Shown: positions 19,831 through 29,673 of the stretch, piece by piece | Layout: each line of letters begins with the position of its first letter | Position numbering within the stretch: position 1 is the stretch's first letter | DNA from: Corallococcus caeni | Lineage (GTDB): Bacteria > Myxococcota > Myxococcia > Myxococcales > Myxococcaceae | Length of the DNA stretch: 64,000 nucleotides | NCBI RefSeq assembly: GCF_036245865.1 | Contig: NZ_BTTW01000008.1 | Location: 32,396-96,395, forward strand | Direction of reading: 5' to 3' | Position numbers and translations under genes: made by a program | Notes under the pieces: model-generated | What the model was told of the DNA's origin: nothing | Databases searched by the model: none | The model's input: the letters and a program-made list of their open reading frames with translations, nothing else

Positions 19831-20826
19831 ATGGGAGACACGCTGGACGTCGTGGTGGACCTGGGAGACGTGGGGGAGACGCCCGCGGACGCCGTGCTGC
19901 TGAAGTACGCGCAGGGCTTCCACGGGGCGGACGGCGCGGTGTCGCGCCGGCTGGAGGCGGCGGGCGTGGCCATGGACGCCTTCGACCTGCTCCCCGGGGA
20001 CCACCGCTTCATCGACACGCGAAGGAGCCTGGGGGCTCCGCTGGTGCTCTTCCTGGGCACGGTGCGCCTGCGGCAGTTCGGCTACCACGAGATCCGCCAG
20101 TTCTCCGTGCGCGCGCTCCAGCTCCTGGAGCCCCGGCACGAGGTGCGTCACCTCGCGTGCACCGTGCATGGCCCCAACTATGGGCTGGACGAGGACGAGG
20201 CCGTGCTGGCCCTGGTGGGCGGCTTCGTGGACGCGTTCCAGCGCGGCAGCGGGCCGCGCGACCTCACGCGCATCACGGTGGTGGAGCTGAACCCCAAGCG
20301 CGTGGAGCGGCTGCGCAAGGCCATCGCGCTGGGGCTCGGGCTCACGCCGGGCGTGGAGCCGCTGATGGGGGCCACGGGCTTCCGCGTGCGGCGGACGTCC
20401 CGCTTCGTCCAGGCGCCGCCCATGGCGAGCGCGGGCGCGAACTCCAACGAGAAGCCCCACGCCTTCGTGGCGATGCCCTTCGCGCCGGAGTTGGAGGACA
20501 CCTACCACTACGGCATCCTGAACCCCGTGAAGGCGGCCGGCCTGCTGTGCGAGCGGGTGGACCAGGCCGTCTTCGACGGCCCCATCATCCAGCGCATCCG
20601 GGACCGCATCGACACGGCGAAGGTCGTCATCGCGGACCTGTCATTGGCGAACCCCAATGTCTATCTGGAGGTGGGCTATGCCTGGGGACGCGGCAAGCCC
20701 ACCCTGATGCTGGTGCGCGACGTGAAGGAGCTGCGCTTCGATGTCTCTAGCTACCGGTGCCTCGTCTACCGGAACATCCGGCACCTGGAGGAGATGCTGA
20801 CGCAGGAGCTGCAGCGCATCGTCTGA
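19831..20826 (+). CDS. Two-domain protein: N-terminal macro-like (ADP-ribose-binding-like) domain + C-terminal nucleoside 2-deoxyribosyltransferase-like (NDT/DRHyd) domain
   Basis: N-term LDVVVDLGDVGETPADAVLLKYAQGFHGADGAVSRRLEAAG resembles macro VxxGDIT..ADAIVNAAN..GGGV; C-term FVAMPF....VIADLSLANPNVYLEVGYAWGRGKP matches NDT motif (YFAGPF...D.G.ElGyA.a.GKp). Confidence 0.55.
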   Translation: MGDTLDVVVDLGDVGETPADAVLLKYAQGFHGADGAVSRRLEAAGVAMDAFDLLPGDHRFIDTRRSLGAPLVLFLGTVRLRQFGYHEIRQFSVRALQLLEPRHEVRHLACTVHGPNYGLDEDEAVLALVGGFVDAFQRGSGPRDLTRITVVELNPKRVERLRKAIALGLGLTPGVEPLMGATGFRVRRTSRFVQAPPMASAGANSNEKPHAFVAMPFAPELEDTYHYGILNPVKAAGLLCERVDQAVFDGPIIQRIRDRIDTAKVVIADLSLANPNVYLEVGYAWGRGKPTLMLVRDVKELRFDVSSYRCLVYRNIRHLEEMLTQELQRIV

Positions 20827-20839
20827 GATGGGCGAGGGG

Positions 20840-22006
20840 TCAGTAGGGGGCGCAGAGAATGCCCTCGCAGTTACCGGCGCCGTTGTTCCGCGCGACGTTG
20901 CCGCCCCCGTCGTAGGCGGTGGGCGCGTAGATGCCCCAGCCTGTGTTGCCCAGGGCCACGTTGCCAATCACCGTGGGCGTGTGGGGCGGCGGGACGCGGA
21001 GGCCGTCACCGTCGTTGTACAGGAACCGGTTGGCGCGAACGATGCCGGTCTGCGGAAGGGCCACGTAGGGAAGGTTGCTCAAGGTCAACCCTCCCGCGTT
21101 GTTCAAGAAGGTGTTGCCATGGACATAGACCGTGAAGGTGTAGACCTCAAGGCCGCTGCCATTGCCCACGAACAGGTTGTTGACCAGCTCCAGGCTCTGC
21201 GGCACCCAAACCGGCTCTGCCGTGGTCCCGAACGAGGTGTTGTTGGCGAGAAGGGAGTCCTCGAACCGCAAGTGACCGCAGAAGTCAGGTCTCCCACCGG
21301 TGTCAACCGCTCTGACCACAGCCTGGTTCCGCGTGAAGATGCTTGAACGGACGCGCAGACTGCCACTGAAGCAGTCGATGACGACATCGTTCGAGGTGAA
21401 GGTCGAATCGAGGATGTCGGCGATGTGGCCTTGCAGGAGGAAAACGTTGCCATTGTTCTCGAAATGGCTCGACCTCACGTCGAACAACCCATAGGACTGC
21501 TCGAAGTCATTGAAAAAAACGTAATTGCTGCCAATGAAACGGGAGTGGGTGACGAGGAAGTAAGTGCTGGTGAAGTCGTAGACTGCGACGCCGTTGTCCT
21601 CGAACTTGAGTTCGTGCAGCCGCAGATAGCTTGCGCCTTCGGTAAAGATGCTTATCGCGAAGCCGCGAATCGTGCCGTTGCGCACCATGCTGTCGCCGGA
21701 AACCACGATGCCGTATCCGCCCGGTTGGGACAGACCCGAGTCGCGCACGGTGTGGCCCCCCAGATCGAGGACGATGCCATCACCTTCGATGGTGAGCGCG
21801 GGCCCGTCCGTGCCCGAGCAGGACAGGTCATGCGTGAGCTTCGTGTGTTGGGTGATGACGTCGCCACACTGGACGTCGCATTCGACCGGCTTCGCTTGCT
21901 GGAACCGGGCGTCGAGTGGCTCCCTGTCTGCCGCGAGCGCCGGGGGCGCTCCCAGGGCCAGTCCCGCGATTGCCATTGTGACGAAGAAGCCCATTACCTT
22001 ATGCAT
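20840..22006 (-). CDS. Secreted right-handed parallel beta-helix repeat protein (paralogue 1)
   Basis: Signal peptide MHKVMGFFVTMAIAGLALGAPPALA; beta-helix N/G/T-rich repeats; C-terminal NNGAGNCEGILCAPY; ORF trimmed to Met45. Confidence 0.7.
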   Translation of the reverse strand: MHKVMGFFVTMAIAGLALGAPPALAADREPLDARFQQAKPVECDVQCGDVITQHTKLTHDLSCSGTDGPALTIEGDGIVLDLGGHTVRDSGLSQPGGYGIVVSGDSMVRNGTIRGFAISIFTEGASYLRLHELKFEDNGVAVYDFTSTYFLVTHSRFIGSNYVFFNDFEQSYGLFDVRSSHFENNGNVFLLQGHIADILDSTFTSNDVVIDCFSGSLRVRSSIFTRNQAVVRAVDTGGRPDFCGHLRFEDSLLANNTSFGTTAEPVWVPQSLELVNNLFVGNGSGLEVYTFTVYVHGNTFLNNAGGLTLSNLPYVALPQTGIVRANRFLYNDGDGLRVPPPHTPTVIGNVALGNTGWGIYAPTAYDGGGNVARNNGAGNCEGILCAPY

Positions 22007-22150
22007 GCCGCCTCCAGCCGGAAGTCCTTCCGGCGATCGGCGCAATGCTAGACAAGGACGGGTGGCCGGGGTCCTGCCTGTCAGTGTCAGCAGGGCCGCC
22101 AGAAGCTGACGGCTCGGAGGCACGATGGGGCGGGACAAGCAGGCGAAGGA

Positions 22151-23305
22151 TCAGTAGGGGGCGCAGGTGACGCCCTCACATTGGCCCGCGCCGTTGTTCC
22201 GCGCGACGTTGCCGCCCCCGTCGTAGGCGGTGGGCGCGTGGATGCCCCAGCCCGTGTTGCCCACGGCCACGTTGCCAATCACCGTGGGCGTGCTGGGCGG
22301 CAGGACGCGCAGGCCGTCACCGTCGTTGTGAAGGAACCGGTTGGCGCGAACGATGCCGGTGAGCCGCTGTCCAGCCACGATGGGAGAGTCGCTGAGGGTC
22401 AGTCCACCCGCGTTGTCCCAGAAGGTGTTGCCATGGATGTAGACCGTGCTGGCTTTGACTGCGAGTCCACCGTCGTTGCCCATGAGCAGGTTGTTGACCA
22501 TCGCCAGGTTCGACACCACTTGCAATCCGAACGAGGTGTTGTTCGCGAGAAGGGAGTCCTCGAACCGAAGCGTATCGCAGAGGAATGGACCTTGGCCGGG
22601 GTCCGCAGCTGAGGCCACGGCCTGGTTCCGTGTGAAGACGCTCGAGCGGACGCGCGTGCTGCCATAGAAACAGTTGATGGCGACCTCGTTCGACGTGAAG
22701 GTCGAGTCGAGGACGTCGGCGGAGTGGCTGTTCAGGAAGATCGCCTGGCCATTGTTCTCGAAATGGCTCGACCTCACGTCGAGCGACCCCGAGGACACGT
22801 CGAACTCACTCAAGAATCCGAAGTCATTGCCAATGAAGCGTGAATGGGTGACGAGGAAGCGGTTGCCCGTGTAGTTGTAGACCGCGACGCCATTGTCCGC
22901 GAACGTGAGCTCGTGCAGCCGCAGATAGCCCGTGGCGACGGTCCGGACACCCTGACCGAAGCCGCGAATCGTGCCGTGGCGCACCATGCTCTCGCCGCTG
23001 ACCACGACGCCCCTTGTGTTGAACCGCTCCGGGCCCGAGCGGCTCACGGTGTGGCCGCCGAGGTCGAGGACGATGCCGTCACCTTCGATGCGGAGCGCGG
23101 GCTCGTCCGTGCCCGGGCATGACAGGTCATGTGTGAGCTTCGTGTGCTGGGTGATGACGTCGCCACACTGAACGTCGCATTCGACAGGCTTCGCTTGCTG
23201 CAACCGGGCGTCGAGCGCCTCCCTGTCCGCCGCGAATGCCGCGGGTGCTCCCAGGAACAGTGCAGCGATGGCCGCCGTGACGGAAAAGCCCTCTGCTTTA
23301 TGCAT
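22151..23305 (-). CDS. Secreted right-handed parallel beta-helix repeat protein (paralogue 2)
   Basis: Near-identical N-terminus and repeats to 20840..22006; C-terminal NNGAGQCEGVTCAPY. Confidence 0.7.
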   Translation of the reverse strand: MHKAEGFSVTAAIAALFLGAPAAFAADREALDARLQQAKPVECDVQCGDVITQHTKLTHDLSCPGTDEPALRIEGDGIVLDLGGHTVSRSGPERFNTRGVVVSGESMVRHGTIRGFGQGVRTVATGYLRLHELTFADNGVAVYNYTGNRFLVTHSRFIGNDFGFLSEFDVSSGSLDVRSSHFENNGQAIFLNSHSADVLDSTFTSNEVAINCFYGSTRVRSSVFTRNQAVASAADPGQGPFLCDTLRFEDSLLANNTSFGLQVVSNLAMVNNLLMGNDGGLAVKASTVYIHGNTFWDNAGGLTLSDSPIVAGQRLTGIVRANRFLHNDGDGLRVLPPSTPTVIGNVAVGNTGWGIHAPTAYDGGGNVARNNGAGQCEGVTCAPY

Positions 23306-23443
23306 GCCGCCTCCCAGCCGGAAGTCCTTCCGGCAACCGGCGAAATGCTAGACACAACACCGTCAGCGGCATCCCCCATTGCCAGTGGCAGCGCACGGAC
23401 CGCTAGATGACAGCCGGGCGGCACGCTGGGGCGGTACGGACTG

Positions 23444-24538
23444 TCACCAGCCGCGCGCCGTGACCTCCCACGCCGCCACGCCCTCGTCGCCGCGCACGAC
23501 GTGCAGCCGGGGATGCTGGGGGACGGAAACACAGACATGGTTGGGCACCACGCGCACGCGCTCACCGATGCGCGGGCGCCACTCAGTGCCGGACACGTCC
23601 AGCAGGCCGTGCTCCTCCGACAGGTTCTTCACCACGACCTCCGGCCGGTCCAGCAGGGCGCCGTAGCCCGGCGCGAGCCCCTCCTCCTTCACCAGCGCCT
23701 TGGACCCCGCGTCGATGACCACCTGGCCGGGCACGGCCGTGCTCACCACCGTGGCCAGCACCGAATAGGCACACTCCGTCCAATCACAGGCGCCGATGAC
23801 GGCCGCGTTGCGGTCGTTGAGCACGTTGAGACCGGGACGGATCTCCGTGAGGCCCTTCACGGTATGGGATCGCCAGAGCGTCGGGGTGGAGCCGCCGCTG
23901 ACCACCTCCGGCGGCAGGCCCGCGTGGCTCAATGCGCCCACGAACGTCGCCAGCGCCGCTGCCTGGGCCTGCATCGCGGCGGACAGCTCCGCCTGGGGAA
24001 CACGGATGTGGCCCGCGTAGAACGTCACCCCGCGAAAGGCCACTCCCGCCGTGGACGCCGCCGCGCGTGCCAGCGCCACCGTCTCCTCCGGCGTGCGCAG
24101 CCCCACGCGGCGCATGCCCAGGTCCACCTCCACGAGCACGCCCACGGTGCGCCCCGCCTCCCGGGCCGCGCGCGCCAGCCCCTCCAGCGCCTCATGGGAG
24201 TCGAGCGCCACGCTGAGCCGCACGCGCGAGGGCAGGGCCATCAACCGAGCCAGCTTGTGCGCGCCCACGGGCGGGTACGCGAGCAGCACGTCGTCGGACA
24301 CGGACGCCATGACCTCGGCTTCCAGCACCGTGGCCACCGTGACGCCGGAAGCCCCCGCCGCGACCTGCATCGCGCCCAGCTCCGCCGTCTTGTGCGTCTT
24401 CGTATGGGGGCGCCAGCGCAGGCCGTGCTCGCGGGCGTAGGTCGCGACGCGCTGGACGTTCCGCTCGACGCGGTCCAGGTCCACGATGGCGGCCGGCGTG
24501 TCGAGCGTATCGAGGAAGGTCTGGGACATGCGGCGCAT
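23444..24538 (-). CDS. PLP-dependent D-serine dehydratase-like / D-threonine aldolase (alanine racemase-N fold) family enzyme
   Basis: PAAIVDLDRVERNVQRV...RPHTKTHK (catalytic Lys motif of the DSD1 family). Confidence 0.75.
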   Translation of the reverse strand: MRRMSQTFLDTLDTPAAIVDLDRVERNVQRVATYAREHGLRWRPHTKTHKTAELGAMQVAAGASGVTVATVLEAEVMASVSDDVLLAYPPVGAHKLARLMALPSRVRLSVALDSHEALEGLARAAREAGRTVGVLVEVDLGMRRVGLRTPEETVALARAAASTAGVAFRGVTFYAGHIRVPQAELSAAMQAQAAALATFVGALSHAGLPPEVVSGGSTPTLWRSHTVKGLTEIRPGLNVLNDRNAAVIGACDWTECAYSVLATVVSTAVPGQVVIDAGSKALVKEEGLAPGYGALLDRPEVVVKNLSEEHGLLDVSGTEWRPRIGERVRVVPNHVCVSVPQHPRLHVVRGDEGVAAWEVTARGW

Positions 24539-24609
24539 GCTGGCACCGCGCTCCTCGACCCGTCACCGGAATCCCGCCGGACGTGCGGCAGGCAACGCCA
24601 TTCCCAGCG

Positions 24610-25041
24610 CTACCGCGGCGGCGTCGCTGGCTCGAAGCTCACCGTGGGCCGCTGCCAGCTCCAGCCGCCGGACTTCAGGGCCTCCGTCGCCTGCGCATCC
24701 AGCACGCGCAGCGCCGCGAGCACGTCCGCGGGAGGACGGGGCGCTCCCGGCGCGCTCTCCACCTCGAAGCGCGGGGGGATGGCCGCCGCATCCTGGCCGC
24801 CCATCACCACGCGGATGCGGCAGTTCTGCGGCGACAGCTCCGTCTCCCCGGACCAGGACACGTCCTGGACGAAGAGGTCCACCGTCCCCGTGGCCTTCTG
24901 CCCTTGCAGCCGCGTCACCACCGCGTCCAGTGAACCCTTCGCGCGCGCGTTCCGCTTCTTTCCAAGACGGGTGAGCGTCCACCAGGCCAGGCCGCCCGCG
25001 ACCACGGGCGAAAGGATGAAGTAGGGGATGAGCGGGCTCAT
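24610..25041 (-). CDS. Small membrane-anchored hypothetical protein
   Basis: N-terminal TM MSPLIPYFILSPVVAGGLAWWTL; trimmed to Met7. Confidence 0.4.
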   Translation of the reverse strand: MSPLIPYFILSPVVAGGLAWWTLTRLGKKRNARAKGSLDAVVTRLQGQKATGTVDLFVQDVSWSGETELSPQNCRIRVVMGGQDAAAIPPRFEVESAPGAPRPPADVLAALRVLDAQATEALKSGGWSWQRPTVSFEPATPPR

Positions 25042-25129
25042 GGGGCGGCAGGCTGCCACGAAATCCGGAAGAAGAAACGCCCGTCTCCAAGCCCTGGGGC
25101 TCGGGAGACGGGCGTGAAGAGAAGCACGG

Positions 25130-27310
25130 CTACTGCGGCGCGGGCGCGGAGACCTTCTTCGTCGCGTTGGGCTTGTACGTCATGCCCAGCTCGTTGAAGA
25201 CGAAGGAGTAGACGTCCACCTCCTCCTCGATGCGCGCGGACAGCGGCGTGCCCATGCCGTGGCCCGTCTCCGCGTTGGCGCGCAGCAGGATGGGCTTGGG
25301 GGACGCCGTCGCGGACTGCATCCGGGCCACCATCTTGCGCGAGTGGTACGGATCCACGCGCGGGTCATTGGCCCCGGACGTGAAGAGCACCGACGGGTAC
25401 TTCGTCCCGTCCTTCACCTGGTGCACCGGCGAATAGCTGTACAGCGCCTTGAACTGCTCCGGGTCCTTCACCGAGCCGTACTCCGTCACGTTGAACTGGC
25501 CGTTGGGCGTCAGCTCCGTGCGCAGCATGTCGTAGATGCCCACGCGCGCCACCACCGCGCCGTACTGCTCCGGGTGCTGCGTCAGGGCCGCGCCCATCAG
25601 CAGGCCGCCGTTGCTGCCGCCCTGGATGGCCAGCTTCTTCGGCTGCGTGTACTTCTGGTCCACCAGCAGCTTCGCGCACGCGTAGAAGTCGTCGAACACG
25701 TTCTGCTTCTTCGTGAGCGAGCCGCCCTTGTGCCACTCCTCGCCGAACTCCGAGCCGCCGCGCAGGTTCGCCACCGCGAACACGCCGCCCTGCTCCAGCC
25801 ACATGCCCGTCAGCGGGCTGTAGCCCGGGTTGATGGAGACGTTGAAGCCGCCGTAGCCGGTGAGCAGCGTGGGGTTGTTCCCGTTCAGCTTCGTGCCCTT
25901 CTTCTTCAGGATGGTGAGCGGCACCTTGGTGCCGTCCTTGGACGTGGCCTCCGTGCGCACCACCTCCACGTCGCTCATGTCGACGGGCGCCGTGCGCGCC
26001 AGCGCCGTCTTCGTGAGCTTGTTGTCCGCCGCCGAGTAGCGGAACCACGCGGCCGGCTGGGTGAAGCTGCCGTTGACGACGAGCAGGTCGTCCGCGCCCT
26101 GGCGGACCAGGCCTCCCACCGACGACACCGGCAGCGTGGGCACCAGCCCCTGCGCCTTGCCCGTCAGGTCCACCATGCGCAGCTGCGACGGACCGCCCAG
26201 CTGCTCCAGCAGGTACAGCCGGCTCTTCGTCGGCACCACGGCCTGCACCGTCGCCTCGCCCTCCGGCACGATGACGGCGGCCTTGTCCAGCGTGGGCGTG
26301 GCCAGGGGCAGCCGCAGCACCTTGCCCTTCGGCGCATCCTTGCGGCTGATCAGGTACGCCGCGCCGTCGCTGCCAAAGCGCGCGGACACCACCTTGTCCG
26401 CGTACTTCGCCACCTGCGTCCAGGTGCCCTTGGGACCGTGCAGGAACAGGTCGTACTCGCCGCCGTCGCCGTTGGCCACGCGCGCGAAGGTGTACTGGCC
26501 GTCGTCGCTGGACTCCAGCTCCGTCATCGCGATGCGCGGGAAGTCCTTGCCCAGCGCGTACGTGTCCTTCTCCGTGGGTGTGCCCAGCGCGTGGAAGTAC
26601 ACCTGCTGGTAGACGTTGCGGTCCTCGGGCGGGCGCTCCTCGCCCCGCGGATGGCGCGTGTAGAAGAAGCCCGTGCCCTGCGCGTTCCACGCGAGGCTGC
26701 CGCCCGCCGTTCCGCTGTTGACGCGCGGCACCAGCTCGTTGGGCATCGCCTTCGAGGAGGCCACGTCCCACACGGACACGTCACCGCTCTCCGTGCCCGC
26801 CTTGGACATGGAGACGGCGACCTTCTTGCCGTCGTGCGACAGCTGGAACCAGTCGATGGTCGTCTTGCCGGAGGTGTCCACGACCGTGGGGTCCACCAGC
26901 ACGCGCTCCTTCGACGTGTCGTCCAGCGAGCCCACCACGATGAGCGTGGGCTGCTGCTTGGGCGGCTGGTACTTCAGCGCCAGCAGCGTGCCGCCCTGTT
27001 CGTCCAGGCCGCCGTAGCCGGGCGACTTCCAGGAGAGGATCTCCGTGATGCGCTGGCGCAGCGGCTCGCGGCCCGGGAGCTTGTCCAGGTACGCGCGCGT
27101 GTACGTGTTCTGCGAGTCGGTCCACTGCTGGACCTTGGGGTCGGTGGCGGACTCCATCCACTGGTACGGATCCGCCACGGTGGTGCCGTGGTAGGTCGTC
27201 TCCACGGGCCGCTTCTCCGCGGCGGCCGGCTTCGCGGGCGCCTTGCCGGCGGCCCCCGCCACCAGCGGCAACAGCAGCGCCGCGGTCGTCACTGCGATTC
27301 TGGACTTCAT
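25130..27310 (-). CDS. Prolyl oligopeptidase (S9A) family serine peptidase, secreted
   Basis: Signal peptide; beta-propeller N-terminus; catalytic region GGSNGGLLMGAALTQHPEQYGAVVARVGIYDMLR. Confidence 0.9.
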   Translation of the reverse strand: MKSRIAVTTAALLLPLVAGAAGKAPAKPAAAEKRPVETTYHGTTVADPYQWMESATDPKVQQWTDSQNTYTRAYLDKLPGREPLRQRITEILSWKSPGYGGLDEQGGTLLALKYQPPKQQPTLIVVGSLDDTSKERVLVDPTVVDTSGKTTIDWFQLSHDGKKVAVSMSKAGTESGDVSVWDVASSKAMPNELVPRVNSGTAGGSLAWNAQGTGFFYTRHPRGEERPPEDRNVYQQVYFHALGTPTEKDTYALGKDFPRIAMTELESSDDGQYTFARVANGDGGEYDLFLHGPKGTWTQVAKYADKVVSARFGSDGAAYLISRKDAPKGKVLRLPLATPTLDKAAVIVPEGEATVQAVVPTKSRLYLLEQLGGPSQLRMVDLTGKAQGLVPTLPVSSVGGLVRQGADDLLVVNGSFTQPAAWFRYSAADNKLTKTALARTAPVDMSDVEVVRTEATSKDGTKVPLTILKKKGTKLNGNNPTLLTGYGGFNVSINPGYSPLTGMWLEQGGVFAVANLRGGSEFGEEWHKGGSLTKKQNVFDDFYACAKLLVDQKYTQPKKLAIQGGSNGGLLMGAALTQHPEQYGAVVARVGIYDMLRTELTPNGQFNVTEYGSVKDPEQFKALYSYSPVHQVKDGTKYPSVLFTSGANDPRVDPYHSRKMVARMQSATASPKPILLRANAETGHGMGTPLSARIEEEVDVYSFVFNELGMTYKPNATKKVSAPAPQ

Positions 27311-27347
27311 GGTTCACCTCGCATGCGGGTGGTCCCCTGCGGGACGC

Positions 27348-28871
27348 TCATCGCAGGGGCAGCTCCACCAGGGCGGTGGAGAAGGTGTCGAAGGTCTCGT
27401 TGGCGTTGGGCTTCGTGCCCTCGTCCATGTTGCCGAGCATCAGCGCGAAGACGACGCGCGGGTGCTCCGGGTCGTTGGGGCGCTCCGCCACGCCCACGAA
27501 GCACTTCTGGCCCGTGAGCGTGCCCGTCTTCGCGCGGATGCGGCCCGCGGTGGACTGCGTCGTCTTGCGGCCCGCCAGCGTCCCGTCCACGCCCAGCACC
27601 GGCAGGCTGTCCACCAGCGCGGCGCCGTAGGGCTCCTGCAGGCTGGTGAGCAGCACCCGCGCCATGCCCCGGGGCGTGGCCAGGTTGTAGCGGGACAGGC
27701 CGCTGCCATCCACCGGGCGCAGGTCCTTGGACGGGACGCCCCGGCGCGTCAGCTCCGCGACCAGGGCGGTGCGCAGCGCGGCGTAGCCTTCGTTGCCGGT
27801 GCGCTCGCGCGCGAAGCGCATGCCCAGCCGCTCCGCGTACAGGTTGAGGCTCTCCTTGTTCGTCGCGCGCACCAGCTCCGACAGGGGCGGGCTGATCAAC
27901 TCCACCAGCGGCACCGGCACCGGCGGCATGGGCGGGGTGGGGGCCTCCAGCGACATGGGCAGCCGCGTCACGCCGTGGCGGGCCAGCGCGTCGTCCACGC
28001 ACGCGGCGAAGAGGGCCTCCGGCGCGTCCACGGACAGCTTCACCGCGGCGGCCTGAGGACACGGCCCCCCTGAAGGCGAGCGCCACGTGCACCGCACTCC
28101 ACCGCCCCCGCGCACGCAGGCCAGGTTCGCGCGCTCCGCGTTGACGTCCACGTTCACCACCGCGGACAGCGTGGCGAAGGTGGGGGTCCACTGGATGGAG
28201 GGCGCATCCGCGCAGGTGGCGCCGGGGGCGCGGGCGAGCGCCAGGTCCACCACGTTCTCGCGGAAGACGAAGGGCGTGGGTGCCGCGCTGTAGGCATACG
28301 CCGCGTCGTCCCAGGCCCAGCCGGGGCCCAGGCCGCCATCCACGCCGTCCGTGCCGGCGATGCGCACGTTGCCGCGCCACTGGTGGATGCCGCGCGCCTG
28401 GAAGGCCTCCGCGATGCGGTCACACGCGAGCGCCGTCTCCGGGAAGCGCCACGAGCCCAGCGACGGGTCCCCGGACGCCTGCGCCACCACGTCGCCCAGG
28501 AACAGGCCTCCCGTCTGCGAGCCCTCCAGGGACACCGGCGTCACGAAGCGGAAGTCCGCCCCCAGCGCGGACAGCACGGCGGAGGTGGACACCACCTTCA
28601 TCGTGGACGCGGGCAACAGCCGCACGTTCTCCCGGTGCGTGAAGAGGGGCGCCCCGGTGCGAGCGTCCACCACATAGGCGCCCGTGATGGCGCCGTCCGC
28701 CTCCAGGGTCTCCAGCAGGGCGTTCGTCACCCCGGGCAGGGTGTTCCGCGGGGCGCCGTCCGGAGTGGCGGGCGCGTGGGTACAGGCGGACAGGAAGAGG
28801 GCAACGCTGGCGGGGAAGAGGGCGCGGCGCATGGCGGCGGCCACCGTATGTCGCGTGCCTGGGAGTGTCAT
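27348..28871 (-). CDS. D-alanyl-D-alanine carboxypeptidase/endopeptidase (PBP4 / S13 family) lipoprotein
   Basis: Lipobox ALFLSAC; active site STMKV; KTGTL motif; trimmed from 29219. Confidence 0.8.
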   Translation of the reverse strand: MTLPGTRHTVAAAMRRALFPASVALFLSACTHAPATPDGAPRNTLPGVTNALLETLEADGAITGAYVVDARTGAPLFTHRENVRLLPASTMKVVSTSAVLSALGADFRFVTPVSLEGSQTGGLFLGDVVAQASGDPSLGSWRFPETALACDRIAEAFQARGIHQWRGNVRIAGTDGVDGGLGPGWAWDDAAYAYSAAPTPFVFRENVVDLALARAPGATCADAPSIQWTPTFATLSAVVNVDVNAERANLACVRGGGGVRCTWRSPSGGPCPQAAAVKLSVDAPEALFAACVDDALARHGVTRLPMSLEAPTPPMPPVPVPLVELISPPLSELVRATNKESLNLYAERLGMRFARERTGNEGYAALRTALVAELTRRGVPSKDLRPVDGSGLSRYNLATPRGMARVLLTSLQEPYGAALVDSLPVLGVDGTLAGRKTTQSTAGRIRAKTGTLTGQKCFVGVAERPNDPEHPRVVFALMLGNMDEGTKPNANETFDTFSTALVELPLR

Positions 28872-29022
28872 GGTTTCCCGCCGGCGGGGTGGGGCGGAGG
28901 CGTGCACGGTTGGACGGAGCACGGGCAAACGGCTTCGCGCGCGGGCTATTCCCAGGCCTCTCCGTCCAGCCACACCGAGTGCCTTGACGCGGCGCCACGC
29001 GACCCCCATCCTGCCGCGCCCC

Positions 29023-29673
29023 ATGCCTGTCCTACGTGGTGCCGTGACCTTTTCGCGCTTCCGGACCGAGCCGGCCAAGGATGCGCCGTCCGACGTCAAG
29101 CGCTGGCTGACCAAGGGACTCAAGTCCCATGCGTTCGAGCCCATCGACCGCCGCTCCGAGGAGGAGCGCGCCGCCGGTTTCGTGGAGCTGGAGAACCCGG
29201 AGTCCTCCGAGTTCGCCACCGGAAACCTCTTCTATGGCGAGTACGCCCTGTTCGGCTTCCGCATCGACACGCTGAAGGTGCCCGCGTCGATGATGAAGTC
29301 GGAGCTGGACAAGTGGTCTGCCGCCTTCGCCAGGGAGAACGGCCGCCCGCCCGCGCGCGCGGAGAAGAACAAGCAGCGCGCGGAGCTCAAGCAGCTCCTG
29401 CGTCAGCGCGCGGTGCCGCGCACCAGCGTGCTGGACGTGACGTGGAACCTGAAGACGCAGACGGTGCAGGTCTGGGCCGCGTCGCGCAAGACGGTGGATG
29501 AGATCTGCGTGGCGCTGGAAGGCGCCCTGGCGGTGAAGGTGATTGGCATCACGCCCGCGTCCATGGCGCAGCGCGCGGGCATCGACGAGAAGGCCCTGGG
29601 CCCCACGGCGGAGCTCATTGGAATGGACCTGCCGGCGACGGCTTCGGTGGAGGACACCCATGGCGAGGCGTGA
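29023..29673 (+). CDS. RdgC-like (recombination-associated protein) N-terminal-half homologue
   Basis: VTFSRFRTEP...LFYGEYALFGFRIDTLKVP...AVPRTSVLDVTWNLKTQTV follows the RdgC pattern; trimmed to Met114. Confidence 0.45.
   Translation: MPVLRGAVTFSRFRTEPAKDAPSDVKRWLTKGLKSHAFEPIDRRSEEERAAGFVELENPESSEFATGNLFYGEYALFGFRIDTLKVPASMMKSELDKWSAAFARENGRPPARAEKNKQRAELKQLLRQRAVPRTSVLDVTWNLKTQTVQVWAASRKTVDEICVALEGALAVKVIGITPASMAQRAGIDEKALGPTAELIGMDLPATASVEDTHGEA

Larger units (their letters stand above)
20840..23370. repeat. Tandem duplication of the beta-helix gene together with its ~60-bp leader; leader carries the palindrome CCGGAAGTCCTTCCGG abutting the SD/ATG (22018..22033 and 23318..23333)
   Basis: Leader gccgcctcc(c)agccggaagtccttccggc occurs upstream of both start codons; protein paralogy throughout. 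Confidence 0.8.

Noticed and set aside
25259-27517. 752-aa plus-strand ORF
   Set aside because: Antisense to the prolyl oligopeptidase gene; Arg/Leu/Ala-rich artefact.
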